Position numbers and translations under genes: made by a program. A DNA stretch of 64,000 nt from Hydrurus foetidus (lineage: Eukaryota), in the NCBI GenBank assembly GCA_900617105.1, contig UYFQ01000383.1, forward strand, positions 1-64,000, read 5' to 3'. Below, in pieces: positions 33,004 through 45,300 of the stretch. Below the pieces are notes generated by a model. It ran no database searches. It was given only the letters and a program-made list of their open reading frames with translations, and was not told the DNA's origin. Each line of letters begins with the position of its first letter. Within the stretch, counting starts at the first letter, position 1.

Positions 33004-34152
33004 TTTCTCAGGCGGTGAGAGGAGTCACACATGGAGTTGCGCTCTCTGCAAACTGCAGTTTTTTATGAATCGACCTGATTTGACCAACGCTGACGTATCT
33101 CACGCGAATACTCATCTTATCGGTGTCGACATTATCGATCGATCGATGAGAGGGTTTCAAGTTTAATTTCTTGTTTCTTGGCAAATATCAGGTACGTTCG
33201 TGTTCACTTCGTTTTGCATTTCCGCACATCAGAGCCGTTGAAGTTGGGAAGATATGTACGTACGTGCTCACCTCGATTTCTGTGATAACGAAGTCAAGGG
33301 TGTGTTAGATTTCAGCGAATTTCGATGTGTCGACAGCAATAATGTACAAAGAAGACTGCAGAACGAGCCTCTATTTAAAACCCATTCCTTAAAATATCCA
33401 AAAAAGTCAACAAATACGGTTTTTACTTTTTGGATGACCGGTTTCGTCCCAACAAAGTGACCTTCTCGGATGTTTTTTTCCGTCCCAAAAAAACATTTTC
33501 AACAGTTCACTCGAAATGACGAAAACGGAATTATTCTTCCCGATAATTTTTAAAGAACTTTTTTGTATGAACGGTTTTGGATACGTTAAGGAATGGCCTT
33601 ATCAGATCTGTCCATACCCGTCGTATCTACCAGTTTTAACTAATAAAACAATGTGTACATATGCAACCATATCGAAAAATCCATCTCTTATACTGTGATG
33701 TAAAATGTGACTTTCTACCTGAAGCAAAAAAATCAAAGGACTTTTTATTTGTTTCGAGTTTATTTACATCGTAGATTATAAAAGTATACATTTATTTAGG
33801 TAAGAATGTACAATGATTAGGTAGCTGTTGTATGTTGGAAACAATTTTGAATGAGATATCATACATGTGGATTATGTTGCAAAAAACATATATAGCACAC
33901 AGAAAGTGAATTGAGTAAATGTCCGACTAAATCAGTCGAATCTGCTACTACAATGTGATTAGATAGATCAAGATATGACTATTTAAAAATGAACTTAAAC
34001 TTTTCATAGAAAACTGAATCAAAATAAATCATACCAATTTACACGGAATTTGTATATTCTAACAGTCTAGTTGTAGATAAAGCGTCATTTACATATAAAT
34101 ATCAACCATTTTAGTTGTATTCTTTTTTATTCATCAATTTTTACATCATTAT

Positions 34153-36780
34153 TTAAACATTTTTATTTTTTTCGTCTTCATCGTTTTTTATTTGTCTCTC
34201 AACCCATACATTTCTTGAATCTTCATATCCGTAAAAAGGAGATGAAGTTGTCCATGCAGCCAAGGAATCTCTAGTCAAAACTAATCTTTCCAATCCGTCT
34301 AATTTTATACGGCTGAATTTTAATAATCCTTGGGGATGTAATAAATGTAAGTACTCTTCAAATTTTTTCACATCAAAAGACGGCTCTTCGTTCAATACCT
34401 CATTTTCCTCATGCACTACGTCGTGCGACAGCCACACTTCTGCTTGAGGCGCATCGCAAATGGCTATATGTAAATTAAAAACTGCCAATTTTCCGTCTTT
34501 CATAGCACTTAAAATATTTCGTATACTTGCTTTTGCGATAGGTAAAGTGTATCCGCGGAAATCTGCAAGTCTCGAACCCTTGACCCAGGGTATGAAATAT
34601 CCTTCTCTAGAGGCTTGTTGATAGATGAACTTCATTTCATCTTCTTTACCAGCATCATCTAATGCTTGTAGCACCTATTGTGTGCATAGATTATTTACAT
34701 TTGTCAGATTTATAATAACCTGTAATCAAAGTGTATGCGGCAGATACATGCGTTTATTATATAGATTCACCAAATAAAGTATAATTGTACTTCAAAATAT
34801 GTAAGTGAAATAAAAAAATGAAAATGTCCGTGAGTAATTTTACCGTTTGATAAGTAACTGGACTTTTTTGTGTAACTGGTATTTCCCTGTCCATCCAAGT
34901 TAACATGTCCAAACAAGATTCCCACTGTCCACCTAATTTGATGGAATATCAGATAAATTGGTGTTGAACGTGTTTAACATCAAAGAGCAAAAATATTTTG
35001 ATAAAATATATGAAGTAAAATTTGATAAAGGTAAAATATAAATATTTTATATTGTTGTATATTACAAATAGAAGTTATCTATAAATAACTTAAATATACT
35101 GCAGCAAATTAATTTGTTTTAAAGTAATGCATTGTCAGAACTTTTCATTTTTACTCTACCTAATTGCAGCGCAGTGAGAGCTCCGTCATAAGAAACAGTT
35201 CTTCTGGGCAATCCTACGTAGAAAAATGCAGTAAAATAGATGAGTTGTAAATAAATTAGATGATAGCAATCTTAACAGAGCAATTTGAATTACGAAAATA
35301 AAACCTTTTTCTGTAGAGGATCTGAAAACTCCCTCAAGTGTTTTAAAATAAAATAACGCAATACGGATTGGAATATAATGAAGCAATAGAGTGTTTGCGC
35401 AAACGGAAATATCTTGGATAAATCCGAGATCCGTCAATTTGAGGCGCAAATTTGGAATTTGAAGGGGGTAAATCTCCAAACCCTGGGGTTCCAGCTGGAT
35501 ATCTCCGTTTGCGCAAACACTCTAATACAACATGCAAAATCAAATACAACAAAATTAAACAGAAACAACAAATACCTTCAAATTTCATCAATTTTAAGAG
35601 TTCGACAGCTTTTTGCCACTTCACCCCCCCCACACAGGCCCATATCGCTCCGCTGTAACAGTCTTCATCTTGCAGAATTCCAAATTCTTCCATCTCTTTG
35701 AATAAGGATAGACTCTTTTCCCACATACCAGCCTGTACATTAATGATGAGAGTAATGATGATATTTTGCAAATTATATATAATAGGAGAATCATCCAAAA
35801 TAAAGTTTACAAATAAAAGCTTAATTAAATAAGTCTATTCTTCGAGGAATTGAATCACTTCAAAGTCTGCAAAATCCGATCATATAAGTCATGAATGTTT
35901 AGTTGTAATAAGAAATGATCAGTTATGAGCATACCTTTACACACGCCCATATAGCTGCTTTATAGACAGGAGTGTGGATCTCGTACCCTTCCGCCCTCAT
36001 TAATTCCATAACATGTAATGCCGTATTTCCTTCTCCCGCTTTTTCACAAGAATATGCACATGCTGCATACGTTGCAATATTCCTAGGAATATCTTTTTGT
36101 TCCATTGTAGCGAGCATTTTTAATGATAAATCATATCTTCCACCTTGTTCCGCTGCCCATATACAAGAATTGCATGCTTCTGTTGATCCAGTGATTCCCT
36201 CCCTCATCATCTCATCAAAGAGATCTATTGCTGCTTTCCAGTTTTTTGTTTTTTCTGCTACTGAGATTAATCCTTCGTAAGTTCGTGTTACTCTTGCGAT
36301 GCCAGCATCCTTCATTTCTGCAAAAACTGACATGGCGAGTTTAAATTGGTCGCTATTCTCACACGCCCATATTGCAGCAGTATAATGCTCCTGCTTGGGT
36401 ATCTCGCGATATGCCGGCATTTTTGATAATATTCCAACAGCCCTTCTCGCCATACGAGCAGTTCCGTACTCCTCGATGTTCTTCAGAAAGCCCATGGATG
36501 CTATCGAAACGCCTAGCTTTAATTTCTGCTCCTCACTTAAGATGGGAGTAACGACAACGTCTGCATCCGAGAATCCACTTGGAGGACAATATTCTATCTT
36601 CAAAGTTCTTTCCAGCTTATTGAATCTATCTTCGAGTAATTTCCCTGAGTATCTTGAGATGAGGGATGACGAGCCTTTAAAAGGCATTACGTAAGCATAA
36701 CTGATGCTTATCACGGCATAGACTGTAAGAAGCCAGAATCGTGTGGAAATTCTTAGATGGATATACCCAGAGGCGATCAT
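34153..36780 (-). CDS. Organelle-targeted (probably plastid) PPR protein with C-terminal Smr-like domain (5 exons)
   Basis: 35-aa repeats (YTAAIWAC, YEGLISVAEK, CNSCIWAAEQ, YAACAYSCEK, YKAAIWACVK). The C-terminal ADFRGYTLPIAKASIRNIL resembles the Smr start LDLHG..V..A. N-terminal signal peptide present. Confidence 0.8.
35387..35524. mobile_element. MITE family E (intronic in the PPR gene)
   Basis: TIR TAGAGTGTTTGCGCAAACGGA(A/G)ATATC, 26/27 match, with terminal TA. Confidence 0.8.
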
Positions 36781-37536
36781 AGCCTGATCTGTCTCTTGAA
36801 CAAAATACCGAACTCAGGAGGTCGATAGCTTCCAGCAATCTACATTACCATCACTCCCCACTATTCCTTGGAAATCCAGCAGGATATGATACACGAAAAA
36901 TCTATCAGGAAACCTCTGTGAGATTCCCGTTGGTGCCCGTTGGTGACCAACGGTAGGCGATTCAGCGACATGCGTATCGTCTCTCGATGAGATCGATCGC
37001 ACCTGGTAAACTTCTCCTCCAAATCATTCGAACCCAACCCCCTTCATCAAAAGTGTACGCAAGTGCAATCAACGAAGTTGTTCAAAAAATTGAAATACGT
37101 ACGTCATTCGTCATTAGATTTGGGTAGGGTACGTATGTACGTGTTATGTCTGTACAACAGCAGTTATCAGTTATCACTGACGGTGATATCAATAGAACCC
37201 TCTCAATTTGACTTCATGGCAAAGATGCACAGGCTGCTAAAATTAGCAAAGAAGTTAAATTTATCTAGATTATCATGTGAACATTTTCATCCCTAAACCC
37301 TGATGGATAACTCGAAAATATTTAGAATGGGAGTACTGACGAAGTGGAAAATAGAAAATTTATGCGGATTCGACTGGAAATTTGCAAATACAGCTTCGAC
37401 TTGAATTTTCTCTTGATAGCCTCCGATTTTCGCCGTTCTATGTTCGTAATAATAGGAAATGTCTCATGACTAAATTCGGTAAAAGTCAGTGATTAGATGT
37501 GATTAAATTAAATTAGATGGAACACGAGTAGAAAAG

Positions 37537-38868
37537 CTAAGCTACTTTCGCTCGTAATCTTAAGGCACTTCCCAATGCTGCTTGATAAGATTGTTCTGAC
37601 GGATCTAATTCACAGGACATCTTAAAAGAACTTATTGCACCGTCATAATATCCGAAGCTAACAGTCAAGGAATCAGAAGAACTCGCTCCTAACTTTCCTA
37701 ATATTTGACCTAGTTGATAATATGCTATCGCTAAAAGTTTTTTACTATCATTTTCTACTTGTCCTGTATGTAATCCTTCTGTCAATAAATTCAAACAGCG
37801 TAGAAGAGCTTTTACTGCCGTCATTGACTCTGATAAGCCACCAATTTTATCTATCATACCAGCTATCATCATAAACGTTTTTGCAGCACGGACTGTGGAC
37901 TCATCCGATCTCTGAGATTCGCAATTATTGGCCGCAAAGCGGAGTTCTTGAACCGCAGATTCTGTATCACCATTTATCAATAAAACCCGTGCTATATGAA
38001 ATCTACCCAATGCCCAAGTTGGATCTATTCTTACTGCCTCACGGAAGTTCGATAATGCTTTGGTGACGTTTCCTGAGTCGACATAAAGATCTCCAATCGA
38101 AGCGAAGACATGCACATTGGTGGGATCTGTCACCGTAACTTGCACAAAAGCATCCATTTCCCCCTCTAAATCCTGTAATCTATGCCTTGCAGCAGCAATT
38201 TTTAGGAATGCCACTGTTAGAATCTGTAGGATATCTCTTGATCGTGGAGGAGAATATATCCTAAGCAATATATTTGTCTGAGCGATGAATGCTTCGATGG
38301 CCTCAATATCGCTGTTGCGAATCCAGTGAAGATCACCCAGCACTTCATACGCCAACCAGTTGTCGGGATTTTCAGATATTGTTGTCAAGCAGTACTGACA
38401 AGCACCGATGAAATGTTGCCCCCTCTCGATAGTGCTGTCCACCTCCTCAAGCATGGCGTCGTACGCGAGACCTAAGGCATCCGTCATCAGAGTCTCACGA
38501 ATGCTTTCTAACCTCGAAGCTGCACCATCTGACGACTTCGGATCATTGGTGCCGCGCTTTTGAGAGCAAAAATGACCAATTGTTGAATTGGGCTCTATCT
38601 GCATTTCATCGCTCTCGGGGAAACCGTCACTATCATAATCGCATCCATCATCTACATCATCGTTTTCGAAGCCAATTATAGTCCCACCAGCCTCCAGAAG
38701 ATTTTCTGGTTTCACGAGAATTCGCCGCTTATCATGTAGCAAACGAACAACAACTCTTTGTTCGCTGACACCCTCAACCACTGCGACAGCCCCATTGAAC
38801 TCGTTATTCGACAGTCCTTGAAGAAGAACGACTTCTCCAGCGGTTATAACATAGCAATCAGTTGACAT
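37537..38868 (-). CDS. Intronless TPR-repeat protein, 443 aa
   Basis: Long ORF with TPR-like helices (AYEVLGDLHW, VFASIGDLYVDSGNVTKALSNFREAVRIDP, AYYQLGQIL) and a small N-terminal beta domain (VLLQGL..NEFNG). Confidence 0.8.
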   Translation of the reverse strand: MSTDCYVITAGEVVLLQGLSNNEFNGAVAVVEGVSEQRVVVRLLHDKRRILVKPENLLEAGGTIIGFENDDVDDGCDYDSDGFPESDEMQIEPNSTIGHFCSQKRGTNDPKSSDGAASRLESIRETLMTDALGLAYDAMLEEVDSTIERGQHFIGACQYCLTTISENPDNWLAYEVLGDLHWIRNSDIEAIEAFIAQTNILLRIYSPPRSRDILQILTVAFLKIAAARHRLQDLEGEMDAFVQVTVTDPTNVHVFASIGDLYVDSGNVTKALSNFREAVRIDPTWALGRFHIARVLLINGDTESAVQELRFAANNCESQRSDESTVRAAKTFMMIAGMIDKIGGLSESMTAVKALLRCLNLLTEGLHTGQVENDSKKLLAIAYYQLGQILGKLGASSSDSLTVSFGYYDGAISSFKMSCELDPSEQSYQAALGSALRLRAKVA

Positions 38869-39335
38869 CGCAGCGTTTCTTTGGAGACCAGTCGTTAAAC
38901 TGAAACCTATAGAAAGCAGTGGTTCAAATTATAAATGAAGAATCGAAGCCACCTTTCTACGGCGTCATCTATCATCTATCAGTGGAATGAATCTCCCATT
39001 ACCCATTAGATAACCGAATGCATACGTTACAAATAAAGCGGCAGAATCGCATATTTTAGGTGCAAAATACGTATTTTTTGGAAATTCTGCGAGTTTTGCG
39101 AAGAATCTACCGCATCGATCTCTCGCAGCTGAAGAACACCGCTTCAGAGATATCTATCGATTGTAGGGGAACTAAGCTCAGCTTCGTGTGAAGATTCGAC
39201 CGACCAGGCACAGAAACTTCTTCTCCAATGTCATTGTGACTGGCGGGGAGAAATATATTCGGAGCAACCATAGTTGCAAACCTCTGCTTTGTCTTCGGAG
39301 TACCTCTTGGGACATCAATCAATAATTAAAGAAAC

Positions 39336-42300
39336 ATGGCAGAGCGGTTTTTAGATAGTTTATCATCATCTCATGAGACGTCATCATTACGACGAGGAAT
39401 CAAGCTGAAGAATGCGGCTCTTACAGACAATGTACTGATTTCGATGATCAAACAGCTTGAGAAAGGACAGGAGGCAGCAGCGAGCTTGAACACCAATGTC
39501 GGAGTATGCAGTCTTATCGAGCAGCTTTTCGGCATCTTTCGGGAATCCAAATCTATAGTTCTTCATTCCCTCATTGTCCTGAATTATTTCATTTCTTTAT
39601 CGGGAAGCTCGTCCTGTTCAGCTGCTAGCAATCCTACCTGGAAACATCTTCTGACACATTCAGATTCCTGTGGCACACTTTTATCAGCTATTGCATCACA
39701 TTTAGCTGACGAAGCAATTATCTCAGAGGGGGTAAGACTCCTTTTGTCACTTACATCAGAAGATAGTCTTCTGAACAAACTTCTGCATCATCAGAGCGTG
39801 CACACGAAATCAATTGCATCTTCAGTAACGGATAACTCCATCGTCGTTGGAATAGCTAACGCGTTGGCAAGGATGATGAAATTACGTATCACAGACACAC
39901 GTGTGATGGAGCAGATCTGTCATATCATTTACAATCTAACTTATGAGGATGACGACAGTTTTACTGGTGGATGTCGCAGTCTTCTATCTGAACTGGGAGT
40001 AAGCGATATGCTTATCTGTAAAGTACTGAATGTAAAAGAAGCCGAATCTCCAATTGCTTCGGTCAATTTTGTTGAGCATGACATGGCTCACAGCTCTAAA
40101 TCTGAGTTGGAAAAGACAGTAGCAAGTAGCACGAAAACTGCTGTATCAAATAACAGAATTTCAACAATCGGAAACAGTAGAGAATACTCGCTAACAGTAG
40201 CAGAAAATGATCCTGCCAGCAGTGTAAGAAGCAAGAGATTGAATTGCCTTGATATTGGCTTAACAAAATGGGTTCTAAGAGCTGTAGGTGCTTTATGCAG
40301 AAACCACTCTGATAATCAGCAAATCTTTTTCGAGCTTGGAGCGTGTGAAGTAGTGATGAAAGTGAGAAACTTAGGTACGTGAGCGTTAGAAAATAGATGA
40401 CAAATGCATCTATTCTTTGACTGCGCTTTACGGTTTTAGATCGCTTCATTTTACTCCGTCTTATTTTATTTCGTATAAAAGTCTTTGGGTCACACTGAGA
40501 TTGTTTTTGTAATGGTCTATTTAATTGAGAGTCCGTTGAAATAATTGATTTTTCGGATGGCATAAGTATATCGAATAGATAAACTATCACTATGACTGAT
40601 TTTCGAAATTAAATACATCCGTAACACATATTTTCTATTTAAAATCTCCGGACCCTATGAAATCCTAATACTAAATGATTTAAGACCATTTTTCCTATCT
40701 GATGTTACTTTTTCCTACACCTCTTTTATTTCATTTTTCCTCAGTTATCACCCAGTCGAATTCTGGTAGTGACAATGGAGATATGCTTCGTGAGGAATGT
40801 TCTTTCCTAGAAAGCTTTTGCTGGGCAGTGAGTAACTTGGCAGATCCGGGAGAAGGATTTCAAAGCAATCAAATAGCTTTGATTCAAATAGGTGGGAGAG
40901 AGAATTTGCGTTAATTTAAGTAACATGATGTTGTTATGAAGTTACAATTAAACAGCAACAAATTTTTTGGTTTATTGGTACCAATTCTGTCAATCAAGTA
41001 GCACAATTCCTACATCCTTCCGTAATTATAATTCAATAATTTTAATTATTTTAGGTGCGTGTGAGGCGGTATTAGAATCCTTGAAGATCTCCACTCTAAT
41101 AGGTGGAAGTGTAGCGGGCCATTTAGTGCAAGAGGGGTGCAGAGCGATGAGACATCTGTGTGGGGGCAATAAAGAAGGATTGGAAAGAATGTACTCTCTG
41201 GGCGTGTGTGCTGTTTTATTAGGTATTGCATCATCCCATTCTATTGCAATGCTATTAATGCAGTACTGTTTCTATGCCATATGTTTCCTCATTACGTACA
41301 CTATTCCGCTATCGATTGTATCCAAAAACACTTTTCAATTTATATTTTTTATTTCTCATTTATTTATTTTTTATTTATTTTTACTATTTTCTCTTATCAT
41401 AAAAACTTTCCCTTTTTTGTCATTCTCAGATATTATTCGGAGTTCAACTCAGCAACAAAAACAATCACCATCGACATCTCGATCTCCCACACCCACAAAG
41501 TGTTACACTACTAATAGCACTGCAGTGCAATGGGCATGGTTCACTGTGAGTGCTTTAGGAAGATCGGATGATGATGATGACTGTGAAAATGATGATGATG
41601 AGAACGATAATGAAATTGGTAATGATAGAAATGGTAGAATTGATGATGATGATGATGGTGATAATAAAGATAATGATAATGATAATAGTGATATTAAGAA
41701 TAACAATAAAAACAACAGTAATGATGATAATGATAATAATGACGATTGTAGTGCAATAAAAAAGAAAATCAAGGCAACATTCGGCAGACTTGGTGCGTGT
41801 GCACTCCTCCTAACAACCTGTAGTACGTACGGAAATAATTCTGTAACGAACGTACCGTACAGTATACATTCAGGTGACGTCATTCAATGGTGTTTTTCCG
41901 CAATGGCCGTTCTGATGCAAGATTCAAATAATCGTCAAAAGATGTTCTTTGCGGATTCTTTTTTGTCTTCACATACGTCATTGCTTGATGTAGGATTATA
42001 TAAGATTACAGCAGATGACAAAAAAGTTGACAATGAAAAAATGAAATCAGGCACCATACAATGCGATAATACAAAAAGCAATTTTTCTTACTTTGTACGA
42101 GCTATGAGTGTAAGCGGTAGTAATGGGAGTGGGAATAGTACGGATGTAGACAAAGGTAGGGGTACATTAGATCTCGATGTCGACAATGAAAAAGCTTTGC
42201 CTAATGCTGTAGTACTTTTAAAGGGTATGCAATCTAATATACAAAATGAAGACGTTGCAGAAGAGTTTAGTAATGTTATATACACATTAATAAAATCAAA

Positions 42301-45300
42301 CATATCTGCAAACTTCAAAGAAAAGAAAATGAAATTGAGAACAAAAATGAAAACGAATATGTAAAAAATGAAAAAAATAATGAAAAAAATAGCGAAATTT
42401 TACTGTTTATAAAACAGCGGAATAAACAGTTGTTATTGCTTGCTGGTGTCGGAGAAATGCTTATAAAGATTTTAATCGTGCATGAGAGTGCCAGTTCTGA
42501 TGATTCTAATTCAAGTCCAGTTATCGAGAGAGCATGCCACGCGTTGTCGCAGGTATCGTACATTATTCATTATTAAGAATTATTGTTTTACTCTGTAATA
42601 CGTACCATTCAATACTTACTTCAGTTAAACTCAATAACCATTTCTATCAACGTCTTCTATATACGAATCCTACTCGAATTAACAGATGATATTTCTTAAA
42701 TTTATCTTAACTTTCCTTATATTATTTTTATTATTGTGCCGGTCAAATCTAAACGGTGCCGCGAAAATTTTCGCGGCATATTCGTGTTTTTGACTGTAGA
42801 ATCTAAATAACAGTTATTTTAACCTCAGACAAAAACTCGAAAAAACCTCCACGTAAAATAAATTTTCCCGTTTAATCTTGACCAGCACAATACTCTTCTT
42901 TTTACTTTTACTTTTACTTTTACTTTGAATTTGAATTCTTATTTAACCTTCTCTTTACAGCTGACTGCGTCTCAAATCTATCCGGACATTTTAAAATCAT
43001 CAATCTATCCGGATGTTTCTGCGAGCATTGATCGCTTGGTCTCTTTAGGGCTTTTGAAAGCTCTCGCTAGAGTATTATCTCGTCAATACGCTTTGTCAGC
43101 CTTTTCTTCGATAGCCATATGTGGGCTACAAATAGTGCACGATGTTGTGTGCTGTCGCTCGTCTGTGTCGCACCACATGACCATCGCTAGAGGTAAGGGA
43201 GTGAAAGAGGGAATGAGTGCGTGGCTGAGTGCGTGAGTGCGTGTGTGTGTGTGTATGTGTGTGTGTGTTAGGGAGGTAGGTAGGTAGGTAGGAAGGGAAT
43301 GGGTGACTGAGAGAAGGGGGAAGTGATAAGGAAAGTGGGTGAAAGAGAGAGAGAGAGAGACAGAGGGAGAGAGAGAGTGAGTGAGTGAAGGAGTGGAGGG
43401 AAATCACATGACTAGTTGACTTTTATTCAAATAATTTTTATAACTGACAACTTTTTATATTGCTGTTTATTATATCCTTTAGATGGCATTACCAATAGCT
43501 TGGCTGGCCTACTTCAAATGCACGCACACTGGATACCTGCAGCAGTACTTACGGTTAAAGCGATATCTAGTCTAATAAGTGGACCAGCCGCAAAGAAACA
43601 TATTTCTATCTTACTGGATACTGGGTGTTCAAGTGCATTAGTTCAAGCTGTGTGTGTACATTATTTGGGAACTAATGTTTCTACAAATATTCCTGCAAAT
43701 AATGTTCCGAATAATGTTCCTAGTGATATAGCGGAGGTTCCTTCTTCATTATTGTTTTTAGAAGATTTATTGCGATGCATTGGTGGATTTTTAGATGCTG
43801 CACACTCTACATTCGATGACCTTTCTCAGTGCAGATCTTCTTTGATCAGAGAAGGAGCTCACGAAGCAATGGTATTGGTTCTGAGAACACACAGCATTTC
43901 TGCCGATTATACATGTCCCATTAAAAAAGGTTGGTGACTTATTGACGTAAAAATATGACCGTTTACGTATGTTATCTTACTGAATTTTTTATTTAGCTAG
44001 ATCTTGCTTTATCATGCATCTCATCCCTCTTTTTATTCGTCATAATATGATTATTTAAAAGTCAAGATTGCCGAAGATGAATTTTATTCTAATATATGAC
44101 ACTTGCTTTATGTCGCTCTCTCCATCTCATAAAATCTTGCGCGCCCAATTTTATTCCGAAGTGGTATTCTAATACGATATTGCTTTTTCTTTTCTTGTGT
44201 TCCCTTTTCTTGTCTACTCTACTCTACTCTACTCTACTCTACTCTACTCTACTCTACTCTACTCTACTCTACTCTACTCTACTCTACTCTACTCTACTCT
44301 TTCTCTTCTCTCATGTTATCTCTCCTTTTTCCTCCTCGTTTTTCTTCTTTTCATCGCAGTTAAGAATGCTGTAGTGGCATTATGCGTGCAGAACATTTCC
44401 CGCCTAGCAGGCATTCCCTGCAGCACGACAGAAAGAACCGACCGGCGTAATTTATCCCTTTCCTGCTTATCCCTGCTATTTTTACCGGACGGTTGCTCCG
44501 CCCTTGAAATCGCTCCATGCACTCCCGGCAATGTGGGACTAAGCGATACTCATAAAAAGAAGAATACGGTTTTATATGCTTCAATAAAACCGTATTCTGT
44601 GAGAGGGTTTGGGATGGGAAGCAAAGAGAGTGACGGGACTTTATTGGGCGCAAATGTGTGTGGGGTATTAAGTGACGTCATACATCAAGCGGTTGATATA
44701 TTAATAAAAGAAAAAGTGGAAGTGAAATTAACACAGAAAGATTTAGAAGATGTTGGTGATTTTTTAGATGTAGAAAGTGTAACGGTTAATACACAACAAG
44801 ATGCTTTCTCTAATAGTAATAAAAATAATGATAATGATAATGTAGTACTAAAAACACAAAATACTGTCAATTCAAATCAAGCGGTGTCAGGTTCGGTTTT
44901 GAAGAATGATATTGTATCTATAATCGTTGCATGCTGTGCAGCTGTTGAAAGTTTATTGATCAGCCATCATCGTCACAGGTGAGCACAATCTGTTGTATTG
45001 TTGTTATATTCTTGTTATATTGTTGTTATATTGCTGTTATATTGTTGTTATATTGTTGTTATATTGTTGTTATATTGCTGTTATATTGCTTGTTATATTG
45101 TTGTTACATTGCTGTTATATTCTTGTTATATTGCTTTTATGTTGTTGTTACATTGCTGATATATTCTTGTTATATTGCTGTTACATTTCACAGTATAGTG
45201 CTATTATATCGCGTAATACAATTTACATGTTTTGATAAGTACGATAATTATTCCAGAACTAAAACTAAAACTTTTATTTTTCACAATTTCATTCGATTAA

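Noticed and set aside
33120..33340. GTGTCGACA / GTACGTAC palindromes as promoter motifs (also 5761, 37097)
   Set aside because: Too few instances, and similar words occur in exons and introns; cannot be supported without a genome-wide enrichment test.
42315..42364. Premature stop in the ARM-repeat gene
   Set aside because: One missing A in GAAAAG shifts the frame; the alternative frame continues cleanly to the GT donor at ~42553.
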